32,000 bases of DNA from assembly GCA_041494705.1 (NCBI GenBank), contig JBGQBI010000001.1, forward strand, positions 300,001 through 332,000, given 5' to 3'. The notes under the pieces were generated by a model. That model saw only the letters and a program-made list of their open reading frames with translations. It was not told the DNA's origin and made no database searches. This stretch comes from Candidatus Methanoperedens sp. Lineage in GTDB: Archaea > Halobacteriota > Methanosarcinia > Methanosarcinales > Methanoperedenaceae. Position numbers and translations under genes: made by a program. Of this stretch, positions 24,727 to 32,000 are shown piece by piece. Positions within the stretch are counted from its first letter, which is position 1; each line of letters starts with the position of its first letter.

Positions 24727-26319
24727 ATGTTAGACAGAAGGGTACTATCAAAAGCGTATTTTACAAGCGAGAAAATAGTCCGTCATCATGTGGATTCTTT
24801 CAATGATTTCCTGGAACACGGTCTTCAGAAAGTTATTGATGAACAGAGGATTATTGAAACCGATATTGAAGGCACGTATGTAAGGCTCAAGAAAATCCGG
24901 GTAGGTAATCCGGTCGTGAAAGAAGCTGACGGCGCAATGGATAAACTCTATCCCACAGAAGCAAGGCTAAGAAACATAACCTATGCTGCGCCGCTTAAAC
25001 TCAGTATGTCCATTGTCAGTCCTGAAGGTGAAAAAGAGGATAAGGAAGCAGAAATCGGACTGCTGCCTATAATGATATGGTCAAAAGGGTGTAACCTTGT
25101 AGGATTGACACAGAAAGAAATGATCGAGCTTGGGGAAGACCCCCAGGATCCAGGCGGGTATTTTATAATAAACGGTACCGAGCGCGTAATTACCACGCTT
25201 GAAGACCTGGCGCCTAACAAAATCCTTGTGGAACTGGAAGAACGATACGGTGAAAATATCGAGGTTGCGAAAGTATTTTCGCAGAGGAGAGGTTATCGCG
25301 CGCTGGTTGTCGTGGAACGGAGCAGGAAATCGATTCTTGAAGTCTCATTCCCGTCAATATCGGGCAGGATTAATTTTGTCACACTCGTCCGTGCATTGGG
25401 CATTGAGACCGACCAGGATATTGTGAATTCGGTCTCAGAAGACCCTGAGATTATTAAATTCATGCTTGAGAACCTTGAAGAGTCAGAAGCGGCCAATAAA
25501 GAAGAAGCCATGGAAAAAATCGGGTTGCGGGTTGCATCAGGACAATCAAAGGAATACCAGGTAAAAAGAGCGAATTACGTGATCGACAGGTATTTGCTGC
25601 CGCATCTCGGGAATGACGAAGCGCACCGTATGCTGAAGGCGCAGTTCCTCGGGCGCATGGCCCAGGCATGCTTCGAACTTGCCCTTGGCAAAAGGGGCAG
25701 CGATGATAAAGACCACTATGCCAACAAGAGACTCAAACTCTCAGGCGAATTGTGTGAAGACCTGTTCAGGGTTTCTTTCAACAGGCTTACGCGCGATATC
25801 AAATACCAGCTCGAAAGAGCCAGCATGAGGAACAGGGACCTGAATGTTACAACTATCGTGCGGGCTGATGTCCTGAGTGAACGCCTGGTGCATGCGCTTG
25901 CTACGGGCAACTGGGTGGGAGGCAGGACAGGCGTCTCGCAGCTTCTTGACCGCACCGACTATATCGCTTCGCTCTCGCATTTACGCAGGGTCATATCACC
26001 ATTATCAAGAGCGCAGCCTCATTTTGAAGCAAGGGATTTGCATCCAACACAGTGGGGAAGAATATGTCCTTCCGAGACCCCGGAAGGACCTAATTGCGGT
26101 CTTGTAAAGAACTTTGCGCAAATGGTTGAGATTTCAACCAGCGCGGGGGATGAAGCCCAATTTAAGATTATGCTTTATGAATTAAATGTAGTCCCGATTA
26201 TCCCGCAGCTTGTCGGGATGGAAGAAGTGCCCACGACATATGCCACGGAATTGGAGGCGCTTGAGGAAGCCGAAGAAACAAAAGTTGAACCTGAAGAGGA
26301 GGTTGAATCCTTTGAATAA
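24727..26319 (+). CDS. rpoB2: DNA-directed RNA polymerase subunit B'' (Rpo2N)
   Basis: 530 aa with [20 protein letters not shown] and [49 protein letters not shown]. The protein ends in an acidic tail. Confidence 0.95.
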   Translation: MLDRRVLSKAYFTSEKIVRHHVDSFNDFLEHGLQKVIDEQRIIETDIEGTYVRLKKIRVGNPVVKEADGAMDKLYPTEARLRNITYAAPLKLSMSIVSPEGEKEDKEAEIGLLPIMIWSKGCNLVGLTQKEMIELGEDPQDPGGYFIINGTERVITTLEDLAPNKILVELEERYGENIEVAKVFSQRRGYRALVVVERSRKSILEVSFPSISGRINFVTLVRALGIETDQDIVNSVSEDPEIIKFMLENLEESEAANKEEAMEKIGLRVASGQSKEYQVKRANYVIDRYLLPHLGNDEAHRMLKAQFLGRMAQACFELALGKRGSDDKDHYANKRLKLSGELCEDLFRVSFNRLTRDIKYQLERASMRNRDLNVTTIVRADVLSERLVHALATGNWVGGRTGVSQLLDRTDYIASLSHLRRVISPLSRAQPHFEARDLHPTQWGRICPSETPEGPNCGLVKNFAQMVEISTSAGDEAQFKIMLYELNVVPIIPQLVGMEEVPTTYATELEALEEAEETKVEPEEEVESFE

Positions 26320-28126
26320 GGCAAGAGTTTTCTTAAACGGTGAACTGATAGGAACCCGGGATAAACCAAAAGAACTGGTGTCGGAACTAAGAAAAAAGCG
26401 AAGAATGGGAGACATCAAGAAACAGGTGAATATCATTTACTATGAGGATACGAATGAGATAATCATTAATTCTGACCAGGGAAGGGCAAGACGCCCTGCG
26501 ATTATCGTAGAAAATGGCAGGTCTCTTGTAACGCAGGAACATAGCGAGCGATTAAAAAAGAAAGAAATTACTTTTGACAGTCTTGTCGATGCAGGCTTGA
26601 TTGAGTATCTCGATGCTGAAGAAGAAGAAAATGCGTTCATAGCTATCGATGAAAAGGATTTGACGTCGAAACATACACATCTTGAGATAGACCCGTCTTT
26701 GATTCTCGGTATCTGCACTGGTATGGTGCCTTTCCCGGAACACAACGCATCGCCCAGGAATACGATGGGTGCAGGCATGGTCAAACAGTGTCTTGGCATG
26801 TCAACTCCCAATATGAAATTACGACCTGATACAAGGGCTCACGTATTGCATTATCCGCAGAAAGCGCTTACATCCACACAAACCGCGGAAGCAATCGGGT
26901 TTGACCTCCGGCCTGCTGGACAGAATTTCGTAGTGGCGGTATTATCATATGAAGGATATAATATCGAAGATGCCCTTGTCGTGAATAAGGGTTCTATCGA
27001 ACGCGGTCTTGGCAGGAGCCATTTCTTCAGGACAAATGAAGGCGAAGAACGAAAATATCCTGGTGGCCAGGAGGATAAATTTGAGATCCCGGATACCGAA
27101 GTCAGGGGCGCAAGAAGCGCCGAGGTCTACAACCAACTGGACAGCGATGGTATTGTCAATCCTGAAATACCTGTAGGGCCGAACGATGTTCTGATTGGGA
27201 AAACAAGCCCGCCGAGGTTCCTCGAAGAACCGACCGAACTTGGCATAAGCCCTGTGCAGAGAAGGGAAAGCTCGGTTACCATGCGTTCCAATGAAAAAGG
27301 GATAGTGGATACCGTAATACTCACAGAATCAGAAAATGGCTCAAGGCTTGCAAAAGTGAGGACAAGAGACCAAAGGATCCCTGAAATAGGGGATAAATTC
27401 GCATCCAGGCACGGGCAGAAAGGTGTAATCGGCCTTATAGTACCATATGAAGATATGCCTTTCACCGAAGGCGGTATGGTTCCTGATCTTATAATTAACC
27501 CGCATGCAATCCCCTCAAGGATGACCGTAGGGCACGTCCTTGAAATGATTGGCGGAAAAGTTGGATCGCTTGAAGGAAGAAGGGTTGACGGCACTGCATT
27601 CTCGGGTGATTCCGAAGATGACCTGCGTTCCGCGCTGCCCAAACATGGTTTTTCACACACCGGGAAAGAAGTTTTCTACGATGGCATAACCGGCAACAGG
27701 ATACAGGCTGACATATTTGTCGGCGTTATCCTGTATCAGAAGCTCTATCATATGGTATCATCAAAAATGCACGCAAGGTCGCGAGGACCTGTTCAGGTAT
27801 TGACCAGGCAGCCGACGGAAGGCAGGGCAAGGGAAGGCGGCTTGAGGTTCGGAGAAATGGAACGTGATGTCCTAATCGGACACGGGGCGGCCATGGCTCT
27901 AAAGGAACGGCTTCTTGACGAGTCGGACAAGGTCATGGAATACGTCTGCTCTCATTGCGGCATGATAGCAACTCTTGATAAAAGAAGAAATATCACCAGA
28001 TGCCAGGATTGCGGCGCTGAAACAGACATACACCCTGTTGAAATGAGCTATGCTTTCAAACTATTGCTTGATGAAATAATATCTCTTGGCGTTGCGCCAA
28101 GACTTGTATTAGAGGATGCTGTATGA
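26312..28126 (+). CDS. rpoB1: DNA-directed RNA polymerase subunit B' (Rpo2C)
   Basis: Motifs are [34 protein letters not shown] and the Zn ribbon CSHCG...CQDCG. The conserved N-terminus (L)[13 protein letters not shown] begins at TTG 26312, 9 nt after GGAGG (26298-26302), and overlaps the rpoB'' stop by 8 nt. The track's earlier TTG at 26210 lies inside rpoB''. Confidence 0.92.
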   Translation: MNKARVFLNGELIGTRDKPKELVSELRKKRRMGDIKKQVNIIYYEDTNEIIINSDQGRARRPAIIVENGRSLVTQEHSERLKKKEITFDSLVDAGLIEYLDAEEEENAFIAIDEKDLTSKHTHLEIDPSLILGICTGMVPFPEHNASPRNTMGAGMVKQCLGMSTPNMKLRPDTRAHVLHYPQKALTSTQTAEAIGFDLRPAGQNFVVAVLSYEGYNIEDALVVNKGSIERGLGRSHFFRTNEGEERKYPGGQEDKFEIPDTEVRGARSAEVYNQLDSDGIVNPEIPVGPNDVLIGKTSPPRFLEEPTELGISPVQRRESSVTMRSNEKGIVDTVILTESENGSRLAKVRTRDQRIPEIGDKFASRHGQKGVIGLIVPYEDMPFTEGGMVPDLIINPHAIPSRMTVGHVLEMIGGKVGSLEGRRVDGTAFSGDSEDDLRSALPKHGFSHTGKEVFYDGITGNRIQADIFVGVILYQKLYHMVSSKMHARSRGPVQVLTRQPTEGRAREGGLRFGEMERDVLIGHGAAMALKERLLDESDKVMEYVCSHCGMIATLDKRRNITRCQDCGAETDIHPVEMSYAFKLLLDEIISLGVAPRLVLEDAV

Positions 28127-28188
28127 CCGATGCCCCAGTCAACGTGGCGTGCACCTTCGGTAGCACAAAAATAGAGTAGGTGAAGATT

Positions 28189-31964
<3,776 letters not shown>

Positions 31965-31976
31965 AGGAGAATAAGT

Positions 31977-32000
31977 ATGGAAACTGATATTAACAAAGTA
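31977..32000 (+). CDS. rpl30e: Start of the next gene, probably 50S ribosomal protein L30e (3' end lies outside the window)
   Basis: ATG at 31977 lies 6 nt after AAGGAGA (31964-31970). The peptide METDINKV resembles L30e N-termini (M-DINKA...). rpl30e conventionally follows rpoA'' in archaea. Only 8 codons are visible. Confidence 0.45.

Noticed and set aside
26210-26311. Upstream TTG start for rpoB' as given in the track
   Set aside because: This stretch overlaps 110 nt of rpoB'' coding sequence in another frame and encodes non-conserved basic residues. TTG 26312 with GGAGG upstream coincides with the conserved B' N-terminus.
27127-27660. 177-aa minus-strand ORF
   Set aside because: It is antisense to the conserved core of rpoB' and its translation is low-complexity.

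Overview
This is a densely coded archaeal chromosomal window, roughly 45-50% G+C by eye. The diagnostic content is the rpoH-rpoB''-rpoB'-rpoA'-rpoA'' RNA polymerase operon, with the split B subunit of methanogen-type Euryarchaeota, followed by the first codons of a probable rpl30e. Other archaeal markers are a thermosome subunit, Cdc48, ribosomal protein S3Ae, a tRNA-Lys with a canonical bulge-helix-bulge intron, and tRNA-Leu. Housekeeping genes include purA, truD, rimI, an aspartase-like lyase, an HPS/RraA-like fusion, a two-subunit 2-oxoacid:ferredoxin oxidoreductase and nifS/iscU. The presence of ccmABC (cytochrome c maturation) and mqnA (futalosine menaquinone pathway) suggests a cytochrome- and quinone-using Methanosarcinales lineage such as Methanoperedens/ANME-2, but this is inference only. 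I saw no CRISPR array, transposase, integrase or multi-gene defence locus. Five things deserve a second look. (1) Two single-gene islets of about 25-30% G+C sit in core DNA; one encodes a 315-aa orphan with an HEPN-type R-N-x3-H motif and the other a 4-TM orphan. (2) Three conserved genes (ccmA, HPS/RraA, truD) have conserved N-termini that lie upstream of any ATG/GTG/TTG, and they appear to start at ATA/ATT/ATC codons. (3) A 67-nt hairpin-forming repeat occurs in two intergenic regions in opposite orientation. (4) A GC-rich nested-hairpin element shares an ordered 8-mer and 12-mer with a hairpin over the iscU stop codon. (5) A metallophosphoesterase gene relic lies in a 656-bp non-coding gap. 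All translations, alignments and G+C estimates were done by eye, and no database search was run.
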